From assembly GCF_000025505.1 (NCBI RefSeq), contig NC_013849.1:1680001-1712000 (forward strand): 32,000 bases of DNA, given 5' to 3'. The notes beneath the pieces are model-generated. The model ran no database searches, had not been told where the DNA came from, and worked only from the letters and a program-made list of their open reading frames with translations. The translations under genes were made by a program, and so were the position numbers. Of this stretch, positions 17,189-25,558 are shown piece by piece. The stretch's first letter is position 1. Every line of letters begins with the position of its first letter. The DNA is from Ferroglobus placidus DSM 10642 (GTDB lineage: Archaea > Halobacteriota > Archaeoglobi > Archaeoglobales > Archaeoglobaceae).

Positions 17189-18202
17189 GTGCACCTCTAT
17201 ATATTTCCTGAGAAGGACTCGGAGAAAATTCTTGCGAGTCTGAAGAATCTAAAGCCAGCTTTTAAAGCTGAGAAAAACTACGAGGTTTTTGCTGTGAGCG
17301 ACGACGGAAGAGTTATGGCTGGAAAATACAAGAAAACGTTTTTCGTTCTTTCTGAAGAAGATCTCGTCTTTCCTGTAGAACCGCTTGAGTCTTACCGAAT
17401 AATTTTCGGAGATTACGGCGAAGCAAAGTTTGAGAATAGTACTGTTTACGTTCCTCGGGAAAAGAGCGAAATCGTTTTACGAAATCTCGTCCCCTTTTTA
17501 TCCGAAATAACGGTAGCTAAGATTCTGATTAAAGATGCGAGGCTCAGGGCTGAGCATTTAACTAAAGAGGAGACGAAAATAATCTCGGAGGTTACGAAAA
17601 TTCTTGAAGGGGCGAAAACTCTAAGCGTTTCGAAGCTTGAAGAACTTGCCTATTCGATTTCCTCGCTAAAAGGATCGTTTTTTTCCGCTTACATGCAGTT
17701 TAAAGACGAGCTCGAAGAAATCTCATCTTCTTTGATCAGAGCTGAAGAACATTCGGGAGAACTTGGTTTCGCTGAGCTAATTTCTAGTCTAAGGTCTCAG
17801 CTTCGAGCCCTTCGCCAATACGAATCGAGCTTCGAATCCACTCTCAGCGGCGTGAGGGATGCCCTCGACACGGTTCATTTAAAATTGGAGTCCCTCCACA
17901 GAAAGGAAAATCTTGAGCTTCAGAGGAAAACCTCTTCTCTTCAAGCGGCAGCAGCCGTTATAGAGTTTATCGCCGTCTTCTACTACTCCATGGGAATCTG
18001 GAGCAAATACGCTAATTTAGAAGAGATTCCTAAGTGGATTTCCTTTTCTTTGCTTGCGATTCTCTCGACTTTAGTTGTCATCTGCACGGAAGCTGTCGGA
18101 GAAGTTTTAACGAGTAAGAAGCTAAACGGGAGGTTTTACGTAGTTACGACTCTTTTAATTCTCGTCATCATTGCGATGCTCCTTGTTACTGTCTATTATT
18201 GA
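17189..18202 (+). CDS. coiled-coil protein with C-terminal transmembrane helices (RMD1/DUF155-reminiscent), function unknown
   Basis: Long helical/coiled-coil middle (FSAYMQFKDELEEISSS...), paired hydrophobic segments at the C-terminus. Track start 17168 is TTG; GTG 17189 is an alternative start. Confidence 0.65.
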   Translation: MHLYIFPEKDSEKILASLKNLKPAFKAEKNYEVFAVSDDGRVMAGKYKKTFFVLSEEDLVFPVEPLESYRIIFGDYGEAKFENSTVYVPREKSEIVLRNLVPFLSEITVAKILIKDARLRAEHLTKEETKIISEVTKILEGAKTLSVSKLEELAYSISSLKGSFFSAYMQFKDELEEISSSLIRAEEHSGELGFAELISSLRSQLRALRQYESSFESTLSGVRDALDTVHLKLESLHRKENLELQRKTSSLQAAAAVIEFIAVFYYSMGIWSKYANLEEIPKWISFSLLAILSTLVVICTEAVGEVLTSKKLNGRFYVVTTLLILVIIAMLLVTVYY

Positions 18203-18380
18203 GGAGCTTTAAGGCTTTCAATCGATCTTCTATCATTTTCAGATGTTCCCTCTCCTGAGAAATTAGATAATCGAGAAGCTCCGATGTCAGAGGATCGGCG
18301 TTTTTCTTCATTTCGTTGTACTCCTTAATAGCCTGAACTTCCAACTGCTTAGCTCTTTCTAAAATTTGTTCGGGAGTCAT
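18186..18380 (-). CDS. very short ferritin-like/rubrerythrin-like helical hairpin protein
   Basis: MTPEQILERAKQLEVQAIKEYNEMKKNADPLTSELLDYLISQEREHLKMIEDRLKALKLL; one E..Y..E helix plus one EREH motif. ATG at 18380 (track start 18407 is TTG). Confidence 0.6.
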   Translation of the reverse strand: MTPEQILERAKQLEVQAIKEYNEMKKNADPLTSELLDYLISQEREHLKMIEDRLKALKLLNNRQ

Positions 18381-18422
18381 GGAGTAAAAATTGGTTTCAA
18401 AAAACAAAAACTTTTTCCAGAA

Positions 18423-19046
18423 TTAAAGCTCTGCCTCGAAATCTTCCACTCTGTAGGGGAATTCCGTGAAACCCCTGTTTCTCAAAACTTCCCTTGCGAG
18501 AATCCAGTAAACCAAGGCTAAGGCTTTCCTTCCTTTGTTGTTCGTCGGGATTACGAAGTCGATGTTGGCTGTGTTGTTGTTTGTATCGCATAAGGCAACC
18601 ACCGGAATTCCCACTTCTGATGCTTCTATAACCGCTTGTTTGTCTATGGCCGGATCCGTAACGATAACGATTTCCGGCTCTTTGTACTCTTTAAGAGCCG
18701 GATTCGTCAAAGTCCCGGGAATGAATCTTCCAACAACGTACTCGGCTCCGGTAACCTTAGCGAACATCATCACAGGTTTTTGACCGTACTGCCTTGCTGC
18801 CACTGCTAAAACTTTGCTCGGCTCGTACCTCGCGAGAAGCTTTCCCGCCAGCTTTAATCTCTCGTCGAGCATTCTTATGTCGAGTATGTATAAACCGTCC
18901 TGCCTGACTTTGTAGATGAACCTCTTCATGTCTCCGGTTTTTATCTGCGTACCTATGTGCACTCCGGCAGCTAAGTACTCGTCTGGAGGAACGAGATATT
19001 CGTAACCTTCATCTTCCCTCATTAACTTCCCTTTCATCTCAACCAC
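18423..19046 (-). CDS. rps2: 30S ribosomal protein S2
   Basis: [39 protein letters not shown]; [10 protein letters not shown]; [35 protein letters not shown]. Confidence 0.97.
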   Translation of the reverse strand: MVEMKGKLMREDEGYEYLVPPDEYLAAGVHIGTQIKTGDMKRFIYKVRQDGLYILDIRMLDERLKLAGKLLARYEPSKVLAVAARQYGQKPVMMFAKVTGAEYVVGRFIPGTLTNPALKEYKEPEIVIVTDPAIDKQAVIEASEVGIPVVALCDTNNNTANIDFVIPTNNKGRKALALVYWILAREVLRNRGFTEFPYRVEDFEAEL

Positions 19047-20242
19047 CTTATCTTGGTCATCGTCATGTAATCTTCATCTTCAATTCTGATTAGTTCGTTC
19101 AACTTGGCAATTCTCTCCCCGCCAACAACTCCGCACTTTATTAATGTTGCGTTGAAAGCTACGCTGAGGTGAGCAATCGTTTCATCTTCAGTTTCTCCGC
19201 TTCTGTGAGAAACTACGATGTCGTAATCGTTATCCTTAGCAACTTTCACAGCTTTGAATGTATCTGTTAAAGTTCCTATCTGGTTTGGTTTGATTAAAAC
19301 CGTGTTTGCAGCTCCGATCTCTATTCCCTTTTCTATCCTCTTAACGTTAGTAACGAAGAGGTCGTCTCCGCATACCATGCAGTTTACACTTTTTGTCAAC
19401 TCAGCGAATCCTTCGAAATCCTCTTCGTGAAGTGGGTCTTCGACGTAGAGGAGGTTATATTTGTCGATTAGTTCGGCTATGTAGGAGATCTGTTCTTCTC
19501 TACTCAACTTCTTGTCTCTGTAAACGTAATGTTCTCCGTCCCAAAGCTCGGTTGCAGCCACGTCCACTCCCATTCTTATCTCGAAACCAACCTCATCTTC
19601 AACAAAGCTTATGGCTTCGCTTAGGATCTCGAAAGCTTCCTCGTCTGTTATCTGAGCTGCCCAAGCCCCTTCATCTCCCTTTGCCGCAAATATTCCCTTC
19701 TTTTTGAAAATCTCTTTCAACTTTCTGTGGACTAATGCATTCGCTCTCTGAGCGTCGAAAAACGTTTCAGCTCCGACTGGAATTACCAAGAATTCCTGAA
19801 TGCTCGTCGAATTTTCCGCGTGAGCTCCTCCTCCGATAACGTTTCCGAGAGGATACGGAAGTTCCTTGGCAAAAGCTCCGCCGAGATATTCGTATAACTT
19901 CAAACCAAGGGAGTTTGCCGCTGCTTTAGCCGCTGCCAAGCTTGCGGCTATGGCAAAATTCCCTCCGATGCTTGAGAAGTTTTCGGTTCCGTCTTCTTCC
20001 CTCAAAGCTTTGTCTATTTCTTGCTGATCGAAAACGTATAAGCCCACTAAAGCTTTAGAAACCCTCTCCTCTATCTCCTCTATTTTGTAAGGGTCAACTG
20101 CAACAGCTTCATTGCTCCCGGTTGAAGCTCCGCTCGGAGCTATAGCTCTGCCGTAAGAGTTTTCGGTAATGACGACGCATTCCACCGTCTCCTTCCCTCT
20201 GCTGTCAAAAACTATTCTGTAGAAAACATCCTCTATTACCAA
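19034..20242 (-). CDS. eno: enolase (phosphopyruvate hydratase)
   Basis: [85 protein letters not shown]. Confidence 0.97.
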   Translation of the reverse strand: MVIEDVFYRIVFDSRGKETVECVVITENSYGRAIAPSGASTGSNEAVAVDPYKIEEIEERVSKALVGLYVFDQQEIDKALREEDGTENFSSIGGNFAIAASLAAAKAAANSLGLKLYEYLGGAFAKELPYPLGNVIGGGAHAENSTSIQEFLVIPVGAETFFDAQRANALVHRKLKEIFKKKGIFAAKGDEGAWAAQITDEEAFEILSEAISFVEDEVGFEIRMGVDVAATELWDGEHYVYRDKKLSREEQISYIAELIDKYNLLYVEDPLHEEDFEGFAELTKSVNCMVCGDDLFVTNVKRIEKGIEIGAANTVLIKPNQIGTLTDTFKAVKVAKDNDYDIVVSHRSGETEDETIAHLSVAFNATLIKCGVVGGERIAKLNELIRIEDEDYMTMTKIRWLR

Positions 20243-20251
20243 GCTATCACC

Positions 20252-20473
20252 TCAGAATAAGTCGTATCTCTGCAGCCAGACAAAAGCACTCCTCCTCCTT
20301 TTAACGGTTATCGGGATAACTCCCCTTTCAAATTCCTCCTTAGCAATTTCGAGAGGATCGGTTTTGTCGGTTTCGATTAAAACGGGAGCGCCCATAGCTA
20401 TTTGTAAAGCCCTCGCTCCGATAATTCTTGCCTTTTCGAACCTCGTGTATTCAAACGGAAACAGCTTTTTCAC
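20252..20473 (-). CDS. rpoK: DNA-directed RNA polymerase subunit K (Rpo6)
   Basis: [30 protein letters not shown]...[21 protein letters not shown]. Confidence 0.95.
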   Translation of the reverse strand: MKKLFPFEYTRFEKARIIGARALQIAMGAPVLIETDKTDPLEIAKEEFERGVIPITVKRRRSAFVWLQRYDLF

Positions 20474-20499
20474 GAATCTCCCCCCAAATTAAAGGGAAA

Positions 20500-20573
20500 T
20501 GGGGCCGCCGAGATTTGAACTCGGGTCACGGCGCCCCGAACGCCGCAGGATATCCAGGCTACCCTACGGCCCC
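20500..20573 (-). tRNA. tRNA-Pro (anticodon CGG), CCA not encoded
   Basis: Minus strand: GGGGCCG TA GGGT AGCCTGGAT ATCC TG CGGCG TTCGGGG CGCCG TGAC CCGAG TTCAAAT CTCGG CGGCCCC A. Cloverleaf stems pair; anticodon loop TT-CGG-GG. Confidence 0.9.
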
Positions 20574-20782
20574 TCCTCTTCGAAGCTTATAACTCCTCTA
20601 TACCTCGCCAGCTCCTCAACAACCGATTTGTGGGTGAAGAACATCCTCCTGCAACAATACCTCTCGATGCCGAGAGAGTCTAAAGCCTCCCTCGGCGACT
20701 TACCTTCGGAAAGCAGCCTCTTATACTCCTCCCACTTATGAGCTATTACGGCTCCGCAGGTGAAGCACCTTACGGGAAACAT
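20564..20782 (-). CDS. rpoN: DNA-directed RNA polymerase subunit N (Rpo10)
   Basis: MFPVRCFTCGAVI...LDSLGIERYCCRRMFFTH; zinc-binding CX2C...CC pattern of Rpb10. Confidence 0.97.
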   Translation of the reverse strand: MFPVRCFTCGAVIAHKWEEYKRLLSEGKSPREALDSLGIERYCCRRMFFTHKSVVEELARYRGVISFEEEGP

Positions 20783-20789
20783 TAAAAGG

Positions 20790-21188
20790 TCACCTGTAAG
20801 AAGTTTGCCTCCTCTTTCTCGCTCCTCTTCCTCCCTGCTTCTTCGGCTCCTTTCTCCTCGTGTCGTTCACGAGCAGAGTTCTGTCGTATTCGAGGAACGC
20901 TCTCTTCAACTCTGGATCCTGGCTAAATTCCAGTAAAGCTCTCGCTATCGCCGTTCTTGCCGCTTCAGCCTGACCCATGAATCCTCCTCCTTCCACTTTC
21001 ACGTCGATGTCTACTTGCTTCGCAAGCTCCTTAGCTATTAGCAACGGCTCCATTATCTTCATTCTCGCCATTTCTGGCTGGTAGATTTCGATCGGTATCT
21101 TGTTAATCCTTACTCTTCCCTTTCCCGGCTTTATCGTCGCTCTCGCCACCGCTGTCTTTCTCTTGCCGCTCGTAACTATCACCTTCAT
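20790..21188 (-). CDS. rps9: 30S ribosomal protein S9
   Basis: [23 protein letters not shown]; [23 protein letters not shown]; C-terminal [14 protein letters not shown]. Confidence 0.96.
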   Translation of the reverse strand: MKVIVTSGKRKTAVARATIKPGKGRVRINKIPIEIYQPEMARMKIMEPLLIAKELAKQVDIDVKVEGGGFMGQAEAARTAIARALLEFSQDPELKRAFLEYDRTLLVNDTRRKEPKKQGGRGARKRRQTSYR

Positions 21189-21658
21189 TTTCTCACCTCG
21201 AATCCCAGATACCTACTGACATCCTCAAGGTATACGTATTTATCGGTCTTACAAACGTTTTCGAAATAAGCCGAATCAACTTTTTCGAATTCCACGCCTT
21301 CCAACTCCTTAGGAACTCCCATGAAAACTCTCAGCCTTCTGTAAGCTTCCCTTCCTCTCCTCGTTTTCCACGGGAGCATGCCTCTTACGGTCCTCTTGAA
21401 TATCTTCTCCGGATGTCTCGGGAAGTAAGGTCCTTTCTCCTTGCTTCCTCTGTCGTACTTTTCTTTATACCTTTTGAAAACCATGTCTCTGTCTCCAGTT
21501 ATAATCGCTTTCTCCGCGTTGACGACAACTATTTTCTCTCCGTTGAGCAGTCTTTTAGCTATAACGCTTGCCAATCTACCAAGCACGTGGTTTGAAGCGT
21601 CTATAACCTTGAAATCGTCTCCAAGGGTTTTCAGAACTCTCTTAACGCTTACACTCAT
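21185..21658 (-). CDS. rpl13: 50S ribosomal protein L13
   Basis: [39 protein letters not shown]; [28 protein letters not shown]. Confidence 0.96.
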   Translation of the reverse strand: MSVSVKRVLKTLGDDFKVIDASNHVLGRLASVIAKRLLNGEKIVVVNAEKAIITGDRDMVFKRYKEKYDRGSKEKGPYFPRHPEKIFKRTVRGMLPWKTRRGREAYRRLRVFMGVPKELEGVEFEKVDSAYFENVCKTDKYVYLEDVSRYLGFEVRK

Positions 21659-21667
21659 ACTACCACC

Positions 21668-22051
21668 TCACACGAGAATTCGCACGTTGCTACCCTTCGG
21701 GTTCTCTTTGATTAATTCTTCTATGCTCATGCACCTTCCTCCAGCTTCCTCGATTTTTCTCTTAGCGCTCTCCGAGAATTTGAACGCTGCAACCTTCACA
21801 GCTCTGCTGATCTCTCCGGCTCCGAGCACTTTGCCCGGAATCAACGCTATCTCATTATCCTTTAGATGCCTCTCGATCTTTCCTACGTTCACTTCCGCCA
21901 TGTGTTTTGTCGGCTTAGCCAGTCTCTCGGCTACGTCCTTCCAAATCTTCGCTTTGTTTTCAGCCGAGGCTTTAAGCAATGTATCGATCAGCCTTACGAG
22001 ATTCGGATTCGTCTTCCTTCTGACGACTTTTCTAATCTTGCTCATAACCAC
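21668..22051 (-). CDS. rpl18e: 50S ribosomal protein L18e
   Basis: KTNPNLVRLIDTLLKASAENKAKIWKDVAERLAKP; EIALIPGKVLGAGEISRAVKVAAFKFSESAKRKI. Confidence 0.95.
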   Translation of the reverse strand: MVMSKIRKVVRRKTNPNLVRLIDTLLKASAENKAKIWKDVAERLAKPTKHMAEVNVGKIERHLKDNEIALIPGKVLGAGEISRAVKVAAFKFSESAKRKIEEAGGRCMSIEELIKENPKGSNVRILV

Positions 22052-22082
22052 TCACCGGCGATTAGAATTTACCGAAATGGGA

Positions 22083-22095
22083 GGATATTTAAAGC
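22083..22095 (-). promoter_or_regulatory. probable TATA element for the L18e-...-S2 operon
   Basis: Minus strand reads ...AGCTTTAAATATCC... about 30-40 nt upstream of the L18e start at 22051. Confidence 0.4.
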
Positions 22096-22625
22096 TAACT
22101 CACGGTATTTAAGTGTTGCACCTTTTTGTTCCGTTAATTTATTGTTGGTGGGAATGAAAAATTATCGAGTATTCGCTTTCACACTACTGGAAAAAATGAA
22201 TCTTAAGTAAATTTAGTCCGATTAGTTTTCGAGTTAATTCCACAAACTTGCAGAACAGATTCCAGTTTACAATCGGATTCTCAGCTGTAATCGAGCAGAA
22301 GAAGATGAGAGAGCTGAACACGGATTCAACCAAGTTCCTTCTTTGCATCACTATAGGAGGCTTTGTGGGATTCGGAGAGAATCTTAGTTATCCTCCTGAC
22401 CTCCTGAAAGATACTGTCTGAAAGTAAACGGCTGTGCTAAGAACTCTTCTTCAGAAATCTTATTTCTCTCAAATATTGTTAGTTATTTGACTAGATATAT
22501 TATCATAATCTTAAGTATATTTATCTTTATAAAATTATTAGTATATACTATCACGCTATGCTCTAAACAGAAAATTTTTTAAGGAAAGAAGTAATGAAAG
22601 CTGAGTAAAAGTGTAAGGTGTGTGA

Positions 22626-23540
22626 ATGAAGAAAGCACTTGTGATTGGAATATGCTTGTTGATAGTAGTAGGAATAGTAGGAGTGGTCTCGGGGGAAACT
22701 AATAAGGAAAATAAGAATGAAATTATCGAATTGAAGCGTTTGTTTCAGCCAATAGATTCTGAAGCACGCAGGTATTTAGTGGACGAGCGTTCTTCAGAAG
22801 AACTAAATATCTTTGCCAAATATTTGGTGAAAAAGTACGATAAGTGTCTAGATGTCATTACAGATAAATTAGAGAAAATTGCTGGAAAGAGTTTAACACA
22901 AAAAGAGAAAGAGAAATTTAAGTATCTACTGATAAGGGAGTATTTAAGTAAGATAGATCAGGAACTGGGACTTAAACTTACTAATACCTCCAAAGAAATA
23001 GTGAAACTGGTTCCAATTGGTACTTTCAGAGATTCTCAATATAGTTATAAAATCTATTATGCACCATTAAGTAGTAGCGTACCTTATCCGATATATTATT
23101 GGATACAAGTTTATCCAGATGTTTACGGAGGTAAAGGAACCGATGATGCTGGAAATAGATATGACGTTAATGGAGACAATAATTTATACCAAGTTTCTGC
23201 CGAGTATACAACAAATTATGTAAAATATACCTTGTATTTCAAAGATGAAGACCATCCAGATCCAACATGGGATGCAATCTACGATGCTTGGAGAAAACTA
23301 TGGTACGGCAGAATTGAGGACATAGAAAGCTTCACTGTAGAAAATGGTGTAATAAACTTTGATGATATATGGGATAATGATAAAACATATGCAGAATGGT
23401 GGGGACAGCACGGTGATAAAACGCGCGATTATACCAGTAATACTGCAGTATATATTAGTAATGTATGGAACCATGCTATGGATACCTTAGACAAAAATCC
23501 AAGTATGAATAAAGTCTGGTGGTATATATCTTGGTCTTAA
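22626..23540 (+). CDS. exported protein of unknown function
   Basis: 304 aa; N-terminal signal/TM segment MKKALVIGICLLIVVGIVGVVSG; Trp/Tyr-rich C-terminal half; upstream TATA-like and GGTGTG ribosome-binding sequences; AT-rich composition. Confidence 0.75.
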   Translation: MKKALVIGICLLIVVGIVGVVSGETNKENKNEIIELKRLFQPIDSEARRYLVDERSSEELNIFAKYLVKKYDKCLDVITDKLEKIAGKSLTQKEKEKFKYLLIREYLSKIDQELGLKLTNTSKEIVKLVPIGTFRDSQYSYKIYYAPLSSSVPYPIYYWIQVYPDVYGGKGTDDAGNRYDVNGDNNLYQVSAEYTTNYVKYTLYFKDEDHPDPTWDAIYDAWRKLWYGRIEDIESFTVENGVINFDDIWDNDKTYAEWWGQHGDKTRDYTSNTAVYISNVWNHAMDTLDKNPSMNKVWWYISWS

Positions 23541-23585
23541 TCTTTATTTAATTTTTATTAATTATTTTTAATTTAGGTGTAAAAC

Positions 23586-23930
23586 ATGAAAATTTATAAA
23601 GTACTAAGCTTGTTGCTGATAGCTGTACTTGGAATTTCGTTTATAAGTAAGATTTTTATAGCTTATTTAAATCCTGAAATTTTCTTTTTTGGTGAAAAAT
23701 TGGGTGGTGACAAAGCAAGAATTTATCTGTTAGCAAATGCTTTGGTTGGTATTTTTTTGGTAGCGTTGCTTTTAAAAAAGGATTATTGGAAAGGTACAGT
23801 TTTAGCCATCTTATATTTCGGGTATAATGCATGCGAAGGATACATATCTTACCAAACAGTAACACCATTTACGCTACTCTCACTTCTTCTACCAATCTTA
23901 ACATTAATACTCCTTAAGCTCGACATATAA
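23586..23930 (+). CDS. small multi-pass membrane protein, unknown function
   Basis: 114 aa with about four hydrophobic segments (LLLIAVLGISFISKIFIAYL, IYLLANALVGIFLVALLL, GTVLAILYFGYNACEGYI, LLSLLLPILTLILLKL); 45 nt downstream of the exported protein. Confidence 0.65.
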   Translation: MKIYKVLSLLLIAVLGISFISKIFIAYLNPEIFFFGEKLGGDKARIYLLANALVGIFLVALLLKKDYWKGTVLAILYFGYNACEGYISYQTVTPFTLLSLLLPILTLILLKLDI

Positions 23931-24084
23931 AATCAAATAGCTAGTTCGCAAATCTTTGCCTTGCTTCGGTGATATCTAGTTCGGACAACAGGCAACAATC
24001 TGCCACAGTTTTAATTCGTCTAAATTCTCGCCTTACGACTTGGACTTCAGAATCTTTTTATATTAATCCAAAGGAAAGGCATGC

Positions 24085-24462
24085 ATGAAATACGAGATCG
24101 TGTCGAAGCCGAGTTATTCCCTACTGAACATCACCCTCGAGAGAGGGGAAGAAGTTCTCGCTGAAGCTGGAGCGATGGTTTACATGAGAGGTGTCGAGCT
24201 AAAAACTGAAACAAGAGGTGGATTTTTCGGAGGAATTCATGAAGTGCAGGTTGAGGGAAGACTTGTTGTCGATACCGGACATATTGTCGCTTTTGAGGAC
24301 ACGCTGGACTTCAAAGTTAGAAAAGCTGGAAGTTTGAAGGCGACAATACTCAGCGGAGAGGGATTGGTGGCTGAGTTTAGCGGAGTTGGAAGAGTTTGGA
24401 TTCAGACGAGATCTATAGCTGATTACGTAGGCTGGTTATCCTCTTTAATGCCTTCGAAGTGA
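24085..24462 (+). CDS. AIM24-family protein, apparently lacking the central portion
   Basis: N-term MKYEIVSKPSYSLLNITLERGEEVLAEAGAMVYMRG...KTETRGG and C-term IHEVQVEGRLVVDTGHIVAFEDTLDFKV...SGEGLVAEFSGVGRVWIQTRS match the two ends of AIM24 proteins; only 125 aa. Confidence 0.75.
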   Translation: MKYEIVSKPSYSLLNITLERGEEVLAEAGAMVYMRGVELKTETRGGFFGGIHEVQVEGRLVVDTGHIVAFEDTLDFKVRKAGSLKATILSGEGLVAEFSGVGRVWIQTRSIADYVGWLSSLMPSK

Positions 24463-24466
24463 TAGC

Positions 24467-25027
24467 ATGAGCGAAATAATAGTTGGTTCGGCTATAAGAG
24501 CAACTTACGTAGTTAGGGGAACGAGAGGAGCTCTGCTATGTCCACCTCACCCTCTAATGGGTGGAAGCAGGTTCGACGTTAGGCTCGAGAGAATTGCGGC
24601 GGAACTTCACAAGATCAATTATTCAACGCTGGCTTTCGACTACAGAACCCCCTTCAGAGGGGGTGTTGGTGAAATAGAGGATGCGAGAAGCTGTTTACTT
24701 TATTTAAAAGAGAGGCACGACTTCGTTGCTTTGATAGGCTACTCCTTCGGAAGCGTCGTAGCCTCTAACATAGCTGATGAAGCTGACGCCCTCGTTTTGA
24801 TATCGCCTCTCAAAAAAGTTAACGAAATAGAGTTGAAGGACAGTAGCGTTCCAAAACTGATAGTCATTGCAAGGTACGACGAAATCGTGAGTTTCAAAGA
24901 GTCTGAGGAAATAGCGGAAAGCCTTTCAGAGCCTAAAAAGGTTGTCATCTTGGATACCGACCACTTTTACACCGGAATGTACGTTGAACTCGCTAAGGAG
25001 GTGGCGAAGTTTTTGAGTGAAGTTTAA
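24467..25027 (+). CDS. alpha/beta hydrolase
   Basis: CPPHPLMGGSRFDVR oxyanion region, TLAFDYRTPFRGGVG, ALIGYSFGSVVASN nucleophile elbow (GYSFGS), LDTDHFYTG catalytic His region. Confidence 0.85.
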   Translation: MSEIIVGSAIRATYVVRGTRGALLCPPHPLMGGSRFDVRLERIAAELHKINYSTLAFDYRTPFRGGVGEIEDARSCLLYLKERHDFVALIGYSFGSVVASNIADEADALVLISPLKKVNEIELKDSSVPKLIVIARYDEIVSFKESEEIAESLSEPKKVVILDTDHFYTGMYVELAKEVAKFLSEV

Positions 25028-25072
25028 TACAAAAGGGATGGAATTCAGCAAAGTAAAAAATAGGCTTCTCAA

Positions 25073-25444
25073 TCACTTCAGTTCAGTCTCGTTCATCCAT
25101 AAACCGTGGATGTTGCAGTAGGAGAAGGCGATTAACTTTCCTCCTTTTTCCGTTTTGAACGTAAAATGAGCTACAGGTTCTGTATATACTCCGCTTGTAT
25201 TGGGTCCCTCTACTGAGGCTCCATGAGCTGCAAATTCAGTTCTACCTACCACATATGGGAATTTCTCCCCCTCTGGGTGGAAGATGAGTTCGATCCAAGC
25301 AATATGGTGTTCTGTAGTATTCGGATGGGGGATTTCCTTCCCAACGCTCACTTTGACTTCCACAACTCCGTTATCCCATTTTAAAACTTCTATAACAGGA
25401 ACATGCTTTTCTTTCTTCCAATCCGCTGTCTGAAGCAGCTCCAT
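25073..25444 (-). CDS. sor: superoxide reductase (neelaredoxin/desulfoferrodoxin family)
   Basis: EKHVPVIE, GKEIPHPNTTEHHIAWIEL, FAAHGAS, SYCNIHGLW: the His4Cys iron ligand pattern. Confidence 0.95.
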   Translation of the reverse strand: MELLQTADWKKEKHVPVIEVLKWDNGVVEVKVSVGKEIPHPNTTEHHIAWIELIFHPEGEKFPYVVGRTEFAAHGASVEGPNTSGVYTEPVAHFTFKTEKGGKLIAFSYCNIHGLWMNETELK

Positions 25445-25558
25445 ATCATCACCTCCTGCACAACTAAGAAGCAGTAATTAGTTATTAAATTAAAAATTTT
25501 GTGTTCGAATTTCGTATTGGAAAGTTTTATTAATGTCCTAACAAAAACAAGATTTGAA

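Noticed and set aside
19393-19707. Arg/Leu/Pro-rich plus-strand ORF within enolase
   Set aside because: Antisense to conserved enolase residues.
21413-22210. Plus-strand ORFs 21441-22112 (223 aa) and 21866-22210 opposite L13/L18e
   Set aside because: Long only because the antisense of Lys-rich ribosomal genes lacks stops; ribosomal assignments are secure.
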